This document shows, one piece after another, positions 7,860 to 17,078 of a stretch of DNA of 20,000 nucleotides. The stretch lies in the IMG/VR virus record IMGVR_UViG_3300021087_000002; one strand, 5' to 3'. The stretch comes from an uncultured virus (IMG/VR IMGVR_UViG_3300021087_000002) (lineage: Duplodnaviria > Heunggongvirae > Uroviricota > Caudoviricetes). Made by a program: the position numbers and the translations under genes. The number at the start of each line of letters is the position of its first letter. The first letter of the stretch is position 1. Below the pieces are notes generated by a model, which did not search any database, had not been told where the DNA came from, and saw nothing but the letters and a program-made list of their open reading frames with translations.

Positions 7860-8150
7860 ATGTCTTACTTAGAAATCATCAAAGAAACAATGGATGACCT
7901 GATCGTCTGCTCCACTAACTTTAAAGAGTGTAAGCGTGATGCTGAACGTGCTCTATCTAATGCCCTGAGTGGTGATTATGATTGGGATAACGACAAAATC
8001 ATTGAGACACTTACTGGTGCTTGTAATGATGCGGCATTTGACATGGATAAGTGTCATGACGAAATCATAGAGATCAAAGATCGTTTGGATCTTTTGATTG
8101 CCAATGCTGAGTTTAATGAAGTAGCGCAAGCCGCTATAAAAGGAGTTTAA
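7860..8150 (+). CDS. Hypothetical acidic helical protein
   Basis: AAAGGA RBS and ATG 7860 downstream of the promoter. Confidence 0.7.
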   Translation: MSYLEIIKETMDDLIVCSTNFKECKRDAERALSNALSGDYDWDNDKIIETLTGACNDAAFDMDKCHDEIIEIKDRLDLLIANAEFNEVAQAAIKGV

Positions 8151-8151
8151 T

Positions 8152-8334
8152 ATGAATACTAATTACCAAAATGCCTATGATCAGGCTTGTGAATTAATCG
8201 ATATGTGTCCTGACCTAGAGATTACTTCTGCGTTTAAAGAATGTGCTTTTAACGTTGGTATCCAAGAGGGTGACGAGTTAGGTAACTTTGTTACTTGGGC
8301 TTGGAATAAAATAACTACTTCTTACGAAGGGTAA
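8152..8334 (+). CDS. Small hypothetical protein (60 aa)
   Basis: AAGGAG RBS, adjacent to the previous stop. Confidence 0.75.
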   Translation: MNTNYQNAYDQACELIDMCPDLEITSAFKECAFNVGIQEGDELGNFVTWAWNKITTSYEG

Positions 8335-8339
8335 ATCGA

Positions 8340-8501
8340 ATGATAGAACAGTATGAAAATGAAATCAAAAAGTTAGAAAAGTTACTAACTAAGTTTTACG
8401 GTAACACTTCATCAGTAAAAATGAAGAAGTATGCAATTGAGAAAAAGATTGCCAAATACCAAGAGATTGTTGATGAAATGAATCTAATACTTGCGATTTA
8501 G
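8340..8501 (+). CDS. Small hypothetical coiled-coil protein (53 aa, not in the ORF track)
   Basis: MIEQYENEIKKLEKLLTKFYG...LAI-stop fills the gap exactly. AAGGG upstream. Confidence 0.65.
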   Translation: MIEQYENEIKKLEKLLTKFYGNTSSVKMKKYAIEKKIAKYQEIVDEMNLILAI

Positions 8502-8504
8502 TAC

Positions 8505-8564
8505 TTGACAAGCCCGAATCGATATGCTATAAAATTAGTATAGACAAAAGAAAGTGAGAATCAC
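8505..8564 (+). promoter_or_regulatory. Repeated early promoter and leader cassette (copy 1)
   Basis: TTGACA-N17 (CGAATCG, TG)-TATAAA, then TAGTATA...AAGAAAGtGAGAATCAC-ATG. Confidence 0.85.
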
Positions 8565-8954
8565 ATGACATATGACCAACAAGATGAATACTTCGGTTTC
8601 CACCAAAACGAAATGAACTACAACTCAATCTGGTCTTGTGACCTAGAGTTCACTAGCCTTGATCAAGAGATGTATGAAGGTGAGTGGGAAGGTTCACATT
8701 GTAAAGGTGACGGTCAACAGAAAATCACTTACGAAGTTATTTCTAAAGATGCCACTATTGATGAGATCTTGAATAACACTGCCGAAAAGATTGTCTACAA
8801 AGCCTATGTTATCGGTAACACTGTCAAAGACTTCTGGAGAGCCGCCGAATACTTGATCACAGAGTCTGCTATTGAGCAAGACAACCACCACAGATATGTG
8901 GAAGGTTTTGATAAGCAAGCAGACGGTTCATATGAATTGGTAACAGGATCTTAA
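8565..8954 (+). CDS. Hypothetical acidic early protein
   Basis: ORF begins exactly at the cassette ATG. Confidence 0.8.
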   Translation: MTYDQQDEYFGFHQNEMNYNSIWSCDLEFTSLDQEMYEGEWEGSHCKGDGQQKITYEVISKDATIDEILNNTAEKIVYKAYVIGNTVKDFWRAAEYLITESAIEQDNHHRYVEGFDKQADGSYELVTGS

Positions 8955-8955
8955 T

Positions 8956-9123
8956 ATGTTAGAATTTTTCCCTTCTGCCTACGAACTCCCATCAGTCAAT
9001 GAGTGTAAAGATTACGCTCATTACTGCCAGACCAGAACTGCTGTTGGTCTTGGCTCAATGCCAGAAGACTTATTTATTGAAATAAAAGGGTTGACAAAGC
9101 AATCCGAATCAGCTATAAAGTAA
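8956..9123 (+). CDS. Small hypothetical protein (55 aa, not in the ORF track)
   Basis: MLEFFPSAYELPSVNECKDY...SAIK-stop, AGGA upstream. Its 3' end runs through the next promoter. Confidence 0.55.
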   Translation: MLEFFPSAYELPSVNECKDYAHYCQTRTAVGLGSMPEDLFIEIKGLTKQSESAIK

Positions 9124-9151
9124 GTATAGAAACAAAGAAAGCGAGAATCAC
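9091..9151 (+). promoter_or_regulatory. Repeated early promoter and leader cassette (copy 2)
   Basis: TTGACA-N17 (CGAATCA)-TATAAA, then TAAGTATA...AAGAAAGcGAGAATCAC-ATG. Confidence 0.85.
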
Positions 9152-9559
9152 ATGGCTTATATTTCACAAGAAGACAAAAAAGCATTAGCTCCTAAGATCA
9201 AAAGTATCCTTAAACAGTACGGTCTTAAAGGTAGCTTGTCTATTCGTCACCATTCTACTCTAGTTCTTAATATCGCTAAGGGCGGTATCGACTTCATTGC
9301 TGAAGCTAACAAGAAGAACAAAGAGATTGCTGATCGTCGTGGCACTCCTATGTATGAGTGTGATGGCTATATCCAAGTGAACACTCACTACCCTGAGACA
9401 TACGGCAAAGGTTCAAAAGTATTGACTGAGCTTGTTGATGCCATGAAAGGTCCCAATTGGTTTGATGAGAGTGATATAATGACTGACTATTTCCACGTTG
9501 CTCACTATGTTGATATCAATATCGGTAAATGGAACAAGCCTTACGTGTGTGAGGCTTAA
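9152..9559 (+). CDS. Conserved phage early protein (possibly LPD25/LPD29 polyvalent-domain-like)
   Basis: Begins at the cassette ATG. C-terminal SDIMTDYF motif. Family assignment tentative. Confidence 0.65.
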   Translation: MAYISQEDKKALAPKIKSILKQYGLKGSLSIRHHSTLVLNIAKGGIDFIAEANKKNKEIADRRGTPMYECDGYIQVNTHYPETYGKGSKVLTELVDAMKGPNWFDESDIMTDYFHVAHYVDINIGKWNKPYVCEA

Positions 9560-9561
9560 TC

Positions 9562-9768
9562 ATGAGCAATCAAAGAAATGGAAAAATGCACCGTGCCAAG
9601 TTGGATGACGGTGCATCTGATATGAAACTACGAAACTTCTTTAGAGATTGTGCTGAACTTCTACCCGAAGACGAAGCATTTTATTTTGAGCAGATCGTAG
9701 ATCATTTGAATGATGGTAAAGCATTACCAACCACAAAAGGTGAAGTGGGCAGACTATTGGGTTTGTAA
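9562..9768 (+). CDS. Small hypothetical protein (68 aa)
   Basis: GAGG RBS, adjacent to the previous stop. Confidence 0.7.
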   Translation: MSNQRNGKMHRAKLDDGASDMKLRNFFRDCAELLPEDEAFYFEQIVDHLNDGKALPTTKGEVGRLLGL

Positions 9769-9771
9769 TCG

Positions 9772-9779
9772 TATAAATA
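9772..9779 (+). promoter_or_regulatory. T4-type late promoter
   Basis: Exact intergenic TATAAATA ending 27 nt before the TTG start. Confidence 0.85.
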
Positions 9780-9806
9780 GATGTAAATCATCTGTGGAGA
9801 ATAACG

Positions 9807-10730
9807 TTGAGAAAGTTTTTAAATTATATGGCGGAAGCCGAAGTAATAGACGAGGAGTATATCGAAGCACACTTTGATATTCTTCTTGAAAAGCTTATTA
9901 CATTTGGTGGTAAGGCATATCCAAAGTTTGGCAACGTTGTAATCATGGCGGGCGGAGCGGGATCTGGTAAAGGTTTTGTTAAGGATAATCTAGTTGGACT
10001 TGAAGGTAAAGTCTTTGACGTGGATGCTCTTAAGACTGCCGCCGCCAAAGCACCTAAGATTATTGCTAAGGTTAAGGCTGAGACAGGCCAAGACTTGGCT
10101 AAGATCGGTGGTAACCTCAAGAAGGCAAGTAATGTAAGTGCCATGCACGATATCATCTCAAACCTTCTAAACCTACCAGATAAGAAACAGGCGGCATTCT
10201 TTGCTTCTGTATTTTCATCTGCCCCTGATCGTAAGCCTAATATTATTTTTGATGTTACGCTAAAGGATCTACAGAAATTAAATAACATTACACGTCAAGT
10301 ATCTGCCCTAGGGTATGATAAGAAAAGCATTCACATTGTGTGGGTAGTTAATGATATTGAGGTTGCTAAGGCACAGAACAAGAAGAGGGATCGTGTGGTT
10401 CCTACTGACATTCTTGTCAACACTCATAGAGGTGCTTCTGCCACCATGAATGATATTGTGAACATGGGTAACGGTCTTAAGAAGTATATGGACGGAGATA
10501 TCGTGTTTGCATTCAATAAGGTTGGTGTAGACAGTGAACTCGTTAAGTCTGGCAAGAGCGGTAAAAAGATTGGCATGAAGGGTAAGACCGAGGGTGGTCA
10601 ATATCTAAAGGATGCTGAATACTTCTATGTTAAGCGTAAGGGTGCACGAGCTATTCCTGTAGCCAAGTTGGATAAACAGATACGTATGAAGATCTCCAAA
10701 TATGTACCAAAGGGAGTGGAATGGAACTGA
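9807..10730 (+). CDS. P-loop kinase of the zeta-toxin/AAA_33-like family, late-expressed
   Basis: Walker A GGAGSGKG, DVD, Walker B IIFDVT, lid NKKRDRVVP. GGAG RBS with TTG start. Confidence 0.75.
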   Translation: MRKFLNYMAEAEVIDEEYIEAHFDILLEKLITFGGKAYPKFGNVVIMAGGAGSGKGFVKDNLVGLEGKVFDVDALKTAAAKAPKIIAKVKAETGQDLAKIGGNLKKASNVSAMHDIISNLLNLPDKKQAAFFASVFSSAPDRKPNIIFDVTLKDLQKLNNITRQVSALGYDKKSIHIVWVVNDIEVAKAQNKKRDRVVPTDILVNTHRGASATMNDIVNMGNGLKKYMDGDIVFAFNKVGVDSELVKSGKSGKKIGMKGKTEGGQYLKDAEYFYVKRKGARAIPVAKLDKQIRMKISKYVPKGVEWN

Positions 10731-11128
10731 TGCTAACATTTGCTGAACACCTACAAGAAGCCAAAGAACCCACAGTAACAGCCAAGGTCATGAAAGACTT
10801 TGAGAAGGTTGTGGATAAGTTATTTAAGAAGTTTGACATGGACTTTAACTTCACCAGACATTTTGCGGATCGTATGACAGACAAACGCAATGACCCTAGT
10901 ATTACTCTCAAAGAGTTAGCTGACTTCATTAAGAAGATCTATGCTAAACAAGGTAAGAGTATTAAGGATATGAAGGGTGCCGAAGCTGTTATTAAAGACA
11001 TGCAGAAGGATCTAAACATCCCTATTGCAATCAAGTATGATCAACGCAATGATGAGTTTGATGTTGTTATGAAAACAATTATGAGAAAGAAGAACTTCTC
11101 AACCCCAAATAAAGTGATAAAATATTAA
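10730..11128 (+). CDS. Late protein, possible RelE/BECR-like nuclease fold
   Basis: TGATG coupling. N-terminal MLTFAEHLQE, FTRHFADRMTDKRN motif, C-terminal VMKTIMRK. Confidence 0.6.
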   Translation: MLTFAEHLQEAKEPTVTAKVMKDFEKVVDKLFKKFDMDFNFTRHFADRMTDKRNDPSITLKELADFIKKIYAKQGKSIKDMKGAEAVIKDMQKDLNIPIAIKYDQRNDEFDVVMKTIMRKKNFSTPNKVIKY

Positions 11129-11136
11129 TTTAGCCC

Positions 11137-11165
11137 TTGACAATACGGTCAACAAAGGTTAATAT
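11137..11165 (+). promoter_or_regulatory. Sigma70-type promoter
   Basis: Intergenic TTGACA-N17-TAATAT. Confidence 0.7.
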
Positions 11166-11187
11166 AAGATGAATTAAGAAAGAATAT

Positions 11188-11769
11188 ATGATGAATAATA
11201 AAGTGATTCTAACCGACTGTGATGGCGTTTTGTGCGATTGGGTTAGTAAATATGTCCAGTGGATGTTACGTCAAGGTTATGTCATGAAGATGTATCCCGA
11301 AGGTACATATGACATGGAGAAAGTCTTTGGTATTGACAAAGATGAATGTAAGAAGCTTGTACGAATGTTTAACGAAAGTGCTGACATTCAATACATGGCT
11401 CCTTTACGAGATGCCATTAAGTATGTTAAGAAGTTACACGAAGAGCATGGGTACGTGTTCCGTTGCATTACTAGTTTGAGCCTTAGTCGTTCTGCTTATA
11501 AGGCACGTGAGGCCAACCTAAAAGCTTTGTTTGGTGAGACTGCCTTTGAAGATCTTGTGTGTCTAGATACTGGTGCTGACAAGGATGATGCTCTTGAGCA
11601 ATATCGTGACAGTGGTATGGTTTGGATTGAAGACAAGCCTGAGAACGTTGAGCTTGGTAAAAAGCTTGGTCTTGATTGTATTATGATTGACCATGACTTT
11701 AACCGTGGTACTGTTGAGGATGTCTTCGTTGCTAAAAATTGGAAAGACGTGTATGGATACCTCACTTAA
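11188..11769 (+). CDS. HAD-superfamily hydrolase, T4 gp30.2-like (putative nucleotidase)
   Basis: Motif I ILTDCDGVL, motif II ITS, motif III K, motif IV WIEDKPEN. Confidence 0.85.
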   Translation: MMNNKVILTDCDGVLCDWVSKYVQWMLRQGYVMKMYPEGTYDMEKVFGIDKDECKKLVRMFNESADIQYMAPLRDAIKYVKKLHEEHGYVFRCITSLSLSRSAYKAREANLKALFGETAFEDLVCLDTGADKDDALEQYRDSGMVWIEDKPENVELGKKLGLDCIMIDHDFNRGTVEDVFVAKNWKDVYGYLT

Positions 11770-12379
11770 GTACGTTAAACTATATTACACATATCTAAAG
11801 GAACTAGGTGTCTCGCAAGAGGTGCCTATTTCTGCATTTCCAGAGAGCGAATTTGAAACGTTTGATGTTAATCATGGTAACGTTGGGGCAACCTTTGAAA
11901 AATTTATTACAGTGTATGAGAATAAAGATCAATACCTGTATATGTCTATGTACGATAATGTAATCAATAATGAAGAGCCTGAGTACGTCAAGCGAAACAT
12001 GAAAGATCTTATGGAAACTATTCGTTATGATAACAAAAGTCGTATGGTAGAGATAGGATTTAAGTGGAAGAGTCCATATCATCAATCGGAATTATGGAAG
12101 TCTGATAAGACACGGCTGTTATTTAAGGCATTTCAACACTTTCGTGGTCTGGCTGAGAAAGGTGAATGGTGTGGTACTAAGGGTATAGATGGTGATACTG
12201 TTGTTGTATACCCTAGAGCATGTAAGGATTGGCTAACATACACGACTTCATCAATGGATATTGGGACAAAACAAAGGCATTCCATGGCTAAGAGATTTGG
12301 CTTTGGAGAAGTATCATTTGAGGGTACGCAGTTTGCTACATATGATAAAGGTAAACTAATCCCATGGAGAAAGACATGA
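11753..12379 (+). CDS. Hypothetical protein
   Basis: Long ORF overlapping both neighbours by a few nucleotides. No family recognised. Confidence 0.65.
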   Translation: MDTSLKYVKLYYTYLKELGVSQEVPISAFPESEFETFDVNHGNVGATFEKFITVYENKDQYLYMSMYDNVINNEEPEYVKRNMKDLMETIRYDNKSRMVEIGFKWKSPYHQSELWKSDKTRLLFKAFQHFRGLAEKGEWCGTKGIDGDTVVVYPRACKDWLTYTTSSMDIGTKQRHSMAKRFGFGEVSFEGTQFATYDKGKLIPWRKT

Positions 12380-12636
12380 GCGACATATTTGATTTTGGGT
12401 TTACGGCAGTCACTGAAGACGAGCTAGAGTATTCACAAAAGGCTGTTGCAACAGCTACAAAGGCTAAAGAAGAAGCCAACACAACACAAGAGCGATTGGA
12501 TAAACTGTATAATGCAGTTATTCCTTTGCTGACTAATTTAAAGAAGAACCCTGAGAAAGATTATATCCTCTGGCCTAATCGCCTAGATAAGGTAGAGCAG
12601 TTTGAAACTGTGATAACAAACATCTATAAAGGATAA
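12376..12636 (+). CDS. Hypothetical protein of a type seen in T4-like phages
   Basis: GGAG RBS, ATGA overlap. DFGFTAV...LKKNPEKDYILWPNR. Confidence 0.75.
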   Translation: MSDIFDFGFTAVTEDELEYSQKAVATATKAKEEANTTQERLDKLYNAVIPLLTNLKKNPEKDYILWPNRLDKVEQFETVITNIYKG

Positions 12637-12639
12637 CTT

Positions 12640-13263
12640 ATGTTAACGATGTCGATCATCGGTGGGCTTATATGGAGTCAGATCATATCGCATTTTGGTG
12701 CGAGTATTCTGCTACACAGACATTATTGCCATAATCAGTTTAAGGTGCCACCATGGTTTGAGACTATGGGATTGGCTATGCTTATGGTAGCAGTCATTAG
12801 GTCACCCATTGGTTGGATTGCTTCTCATAGGATGCACCACACCCACTCTGATACGGATAAGGATCCCCATGCACCCCAACACGTGGGCTATTGGAAGGTT
12901 CTATTTACGATATGGACTATACCACGTATCCCATCAAAGTATGCCAAAGATCTTTATCAAAACAAAAAGCTTGTGTTCTGCCATAAGCATTGGTTTAAGA
13001 TAGTTGCATGTGTGTGGGTAGTGTCATATCTGATATCCCCATACTTCTTTATAGGGTTTGCTCTAATCCCATTCATATTCGCTAAGGTGGGCTTCGGTCT
13101 ATTAAACACTGTTGCACATGCCAATGGTGCTTTAAACGTTCCTTGGTTGAATTTTTTTATTGCAGGTGAAGGGTATCACAAGAATCATCATGATAACTGG
13201 AAAAGAGTACGCCTACATAAGTATGACACAGGCGGATGGATTGCAGAGAGATTGTTTAAATGA
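12640..13263 (+). CDS. Membrane fatty-acid desaturase (delta-9/DesC-like)
   Basis: Three His boxes (HRHYCH; HRMHH with SD..DPH; EGYHKNHH), NTVAH and hydrophobic segments. Confidence 0.9.
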   Translation: MLTMSIIGGLIWSQIISHFGASILLHRHYCHNQFKVPPWFETMGLAMLMVAVIRSPIGWIASHRMHHTHSDTDKDPHAPQHVGYWKVLFTIWTIPRIPSKYAKDLYQNKKLVFCHKHWFKIVACVWVVSYLISPYFFIGFALIPFIFAKVGFGLLNTVAHANGALNVPWLNFFIAGEGYHKNHHDNWKRVRLHKYDTGGWIAERLFK

Positions 13264-13862
13264 AAAAGAACCAACTACCAAGTATAATGAAGCTGAACGT
13301 AGATATAGACTTATCTGCATTAAGGAAAGCTACTGATGATCTAGCATCTAAGTTTGTGGATGTACGAACTGCTAATCCTGGGCTTTGTATGAACCACGAA
13401 GAGTTGGTTAAGGATGTCTATGATAACTTTGAACAGATAAACCTCACAACACCAAGTGAGATCTTGCCACACACGGCTTCTATTAAAGAACGATTGAAGC
13501 GTAGGGAAGAGCATTTGTATAATGTACCAACGAGTGAATATACTGATAGTTACTTCGAAAAGGTGGTAACACAGTGTAAGGCTCCTGCATCTCGTATACG
13601 AATCACAAAGCTTGCTCCATCAAAGACTATTCCATTTCATGTGGACTATGATGTATCCTATGCGGTACGTTGTATTGTACCCATCTATGGTGATAATAAC
13701 GCCGTTAATCTGTTTAGACGAGATGGTAAGCTAGAGGCATATAACCTTAACTGTGGAACTGCCTATTTTTTAAACATCGGATACCCCCATGCCGTAGTCA
13801 ATATGAGTGACAAACCTAGAATTGCCTTAATGTTTAGTTTGGATGGTACAGATGACTTGTGA
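13260..13862 (+). CDS. 2OG-Fe(II) oxygenase (Asp/Asn beta-hydroxylase-like cupin)
   Basis: RIRITKL, HVD, distal PHAVVN, 2OG-binding R in PRIAL. Confidence 0.85.
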   Translation: MKKNQLPSIMKLNVDIDLSALRKATDDLASKFVDVRTANPGLCMNHEELVKDVYDNFEQINLTTPSEILPHTASIKERLKRREEHLYNVPTSEYTDSYFEKVVTQCKAPASRIRITKLAPSKTIPFHVDYDVSYAVRCIVPIYGDNNAVNLFRRDGKLEAYNLNCGTAYFLNIGYPHAVVNMSDKPRIALMFSLDGTDDL

Positions 13863-14640
13863 TAACCAACCAGAATATCCTAGATCCCATATGTGGCCTG
13901 TTGCACGAGAAGTGCAAATAAAAGGATATAAAATTTTTCATGAACTAGAGCATACCGAGCAATCTTACATTGACTACATGAAAGGCTTTGGTGAACTAGA
14001 GAGACATGAACTGTTTATGAACTCTAAGGAAGTACCAGAACTATTCTATGTAACAGACAGACGCACTGAGAGTGGTGATAAGATAGGTATGTTTGGTGGT
14101 GGAGAGCTAGGATGGCACTCTAATGGAAACTCTAGGCATAAGATAGACAAGATCCTTATCAGTTTATACTGTGTGGACGGAGATCCTAACACCACTCTAT
14201 CGGTGTGTAACACGTCACAACCCTTCTATGATCTATCTGATGAGGATCAAGAGTACTTTAAGAACATCACTATACGTCTTAAGTTTAAGAATAACACAAT
14301 GTATGAGCTAGATGAAGATGATCCCGAACTAGAGTTTATGAGTAAGAACAAAGGATCTATCATACCATTGGTAGGAAGACATCCCCACACGGACAAGTAT
14401 TATTTTTATTTTCCTTACCACTTTATCTGTAGAGCATGGCATGGTAAGACACGGATCGATCATGAAGAGCTTATAGAGAGACTTAAGCCTATTATCTTTA
14501 AGAGCAAGTATCAGATCCATCATGTGTTTCAAAAGGGTGATATGTTACTAATGGATCAGTTGACAACACTCCATAGGAGAACTCCTGTGATGGGTGACCG
14601 TATGTTATGGAGAGCCGCTGGTGACTATTCAAAGGTATAG
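13852..14640 (+). CDS. TauD/TfdA-family dioxygenase (HxN variant)
   Basis: WHSNG, T in NTT, PLVGRHP, GDMLLMDQLTTLHRR, RMLWR. Confidence 0.85.
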   Translation: MTCDNQPEYPRSHMWPVAREVQIKGYKIFHELEHTEQSYIDYMKGFGELERHELFMNSKEVPELFYVTDRRTESGDKIGMFGGGELGWHSNGNSRHKIDKILISLYCVDGDPNTTLSVCNTSQPFYDLSDEDQEYFKNITIRLKFKNNTMYELDEDDPELEFMSKNKGSIIPLVGRHPHTDKYYFYFPYHFICRAWHGKTRIDHEELIERLKPIIFKSKYQIHHVFQKGDMLLMDQLTTLHRRTPVMGDRMLWRAAGDYSKV

Positions 14641-15526
14641 AAGACTATTAAGAGCAAACCCTTGGGTAGAAGTACCTTGCCATAAAGACGTTTTAGTTTT
14701 GCTTTCAGAACAAAAGGTATCTGATACATACTACAGACGTGGAAGCGGAGAAGCTACCGAAGACCTAAACATAGCCGAATCACTTCATAGAAATTGGGTA
14801 AAGGATATGGTAGATCTATCCGACTTTCCTTATTGCTATGTTACTAATGGTGCTACTGATGCTATACACTACTGGAGACTGATGCATGGTAAGGAATGGC
14901 AGAAGTTTGAGGGTGAATACGAATATCCTGATATGATTGGTATTGAGGGTCGAAGCATGTGTGATGTCGAGGGACAGCACATGAAGAACCATAGAGCCGC
15001 CTTAAATGCATCTGTAGATCCTAACCAAACTCTATATGTATCCAACCCATCTAGTGCTGATGGTAATATCTTCAGTCCCAATATGCACAAATGGAAAAAC
15101 CAACCCCCTGTTATTCTTGACTGCACATACGTATCATCCACACCTATTAAAAAAATAGAAGTACCGTCTAATACTGAGCAAATCTTTTTCTCGTTCAGTA
15201 AGGGCTTTGGTGTGGTTGGTCAAAGGATTGGATTTGTATACACAAAGAAACCCCATTCTATACTACACACCCTTAAAGAGTTTGAGAACTGGAACTATGG
15301 GTCGGTAAAGACTGCTTCTCTTCTTATGTCTAACTTTAAGGTTGATGAGATGTACAACAGGCACAGGGATAAACAGCTATCAATATGTGACGAATACAAC
15401 CTAACACCTTCGGATTGTTTCTATTTGGCTACAACATATGATGATTACTATGAGAAACGCAGACGTATGAGATGGAATGACAGTGCCAGGATATGCATCA
15501 CCCCTTTATTTGACCACTATATATGA
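14621..15526 (+). CDS. PLP-dependent enzyme, aminotransferase class I/II fold
   Basis: TNGATDAI, SNP, ILDCTY, SFSK (PLP lysine) followed by GQRIG, terminal R. GTG start 8 nt after GGAG. Confidence 0.85.
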   Translation: MTIQRYRRLLRANPWVEVPCHKDVLVLLSEQKVSDTYYRRGSGEATEDLNIAESLHRNWVKDMVDLSDFPYCYVTNGATDAIHYWRLMHGKEWQKFEGEYEYPDMIGIEGRSMCDVEGQHMKNHRAALNASVDPNQTLYVSNPSSADGNIFSPNMHKWKNQPPVILDCTYVSSTPIKKIEVPSNTEQIFFSFSKGFGVVGQRIGFVYTKKPHSILHTLKEFENWNYGSVKTASLLMSNFKVDEMYNRHRDKQLSICDEYNLTPSDCFYLATTYDDYYEKRRRMRWNDSARICITPLFDHYI

Positions 15527-16404
15527 CGAAGGAGTTTGATATGGATAAGCAAATATTAGATTATACAGACGAGGAATACATAGATCTCGTTAAGAAGATT
15601 GTTGCTGATGGGTCTACAGTACTACATGATCAGAACCTGACACGTCAAGAACTAGCTAAAGTATGTGCTAGGATGGGTAAGGTAGAAGAGCTAGATTATT
15701 TTATGAACCCCAAGGACAGCCCACAGATTTCTATTGTGTCTGGTAAAGTTGTTGATGGTAAGGCTATCGGGATGTTCGGTCCTACTGAGTTAGAGTGGCA
15801 CGCCAACGGAACTGGTAGATATAATTTTGATGAGATATGTGTAGGTCTATACTGTAAGAAAGGATGTGTTGACACCGTGCTTTCTATTGTAGACCAAAGA
15901 GCGGCATTCCAAGAACTATCCGAAGAAGATAAGGAATACTACCGAGGGATCTATATCAATCTTAATAACGAGAGAGGTCGTGCACAGATCTGGCGTGATG
16001 ATGGTGTTTACTCTAAGGCATATAATGCTTCTGGTGAGAATACATTTAGAACAGGACAGGAACATTACAAGGAAACGATTGATCGTAGACCTCTTGTGGC
16101 ACGTCACCCTGTTGATGGTTCTGAATATTTTTATCCTATGTTCATCTATCTGTACAAAGCATTCTATGAGGATGGTAGCGAGGTAGAAGACTTCCAAGCG
16201 TTTCGAGATAAGCTATATGATACCATTACACGAAGTAAGTATATGTTCCACCATGTATTCCGTGATGGTGATCTGTTGTTCATGGATCAATTGCTGACAT
16301 CCCATAGACGTTCTGCCGTAAAGGATAAGGACAGAGAGCTATGGAGAACTGCATTTGATTACTCTAACACTGTAGAAGACTATACTCCTGTGGTGTTCAC
16401 GTGA
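15523..16404 (+). CDS. TauD/TfdA-family dioxygenase (HxN variant, paralogue)
   Basis: WHANG, PLVARHP, GDLLFMDQLLTSHRR, RELWR. Confidence 0.85.
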   Translation: MTKEFDMDKQILDYTDEEYIDLVKKIVADGSTVLHDQNLTRQELAKVCARMGKVEELDYFMNPKDSPQISIVSGKVVDGKAIGMFGPTELEWHANGTGRYNFDEICVGLYCKKGCVDTVLSIVDQRAAFQELSEEDKEYYRGIYINLNNERGRAQIWRDDGVYSKAYNASGENTFRTGQEHYKETIDRRPLVARHPVDGSEYFYPMFIYLYKAFYEDGSEVEDFQAFRDKLYDTITRSKYMFHHVFRDGDLLFMDQLLTSHRRSAVKDKDRELWRTAFDYSNTVEDYTPVVFT

Positions 16405-17078
16405 AACAGAAGTCCACAGGCAGACCTATACCATGGCCTAAGATCCATAAGCTAGATGCCTTGGCGTTGGGTGCCAATGAACAAGTACCTGTGCCTCTTA
16501 AAGAAGACTATCTCATGGAAGATATGCACTATCTAGACACAGATGAGGCATATCCACTGTTCGAGAAACAAGCTAGGATCATTAAGAAGGCTGGTTATAA
16601 AAAAATATTAGACGTGGGATGCAGACACGGTCCGATTAACAAAATACTACACAAAAATTTAAAGTATACTGACTATGAATACTTTGGGTTTGATACGAGT
16701 CAAGAGCCTATTGATATCGCTATTGAGACGTGGAAAGACTATGATAACATCAACTATGAGTGTACGTCATGGGAAGGTTTCTCTACTGACTTTGAACCTG
16801 ATGTAATCGTCTTCAGTGGTGTTCTACTCTATATAAAGGACGATGAAGAACGTGCTGACTTCTTTGATGACTTTATGTTTAGGCATCGGTGCAAAAACGC
16901 TATTATCCAAGAGCCATATCACTTCCAAAGACATTGGGACGATAGGCTTATCCTAAATACAATAACAAACGGTGGATTGGACTTCCTTCAAGAAGACTAT
17001 GAGGTGGACGAGCACTACTTAGATCTGCCTATATTTGCTGGTAAGAGAGTATTATACGATGTCACTCCTAAGTCTTAG
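16401..17078 (+). CDS. Class I SAM-dependent methyltransferase
   Basis: ILDVGCRHG, GFDTS and DVIVFSGVLLY motifs. GTGA overlap. Confidence 0.85.
   Translation: MKQKSTGRPIPWPKIHKLDALALGANEQVPVPLKEDYLMEDMHYLDTDEAYPLFEKQARIIKKAGYKKILDVGCRHGPINKILHKNLKYTDYEYFGFDTSQEPIDIAIETWKDYDNINYECTSWEGFSTDFEPDVIVFSGVLLYIKDDEERADFFDDFMFRHRCKNAIIQEPYHFQRHWDDRLILNTITNGGLDFLQEDYEVDEHYLDLPIFAGKRVLYDVTPKS

Noticed and set aside
9807..11128. Classical epsilon-zeta toxin-antitoxin pair
   Set aside because: No antitoxin-like gene upstream. The late promoter and head-targeting-like N-termini fit virion proteins better
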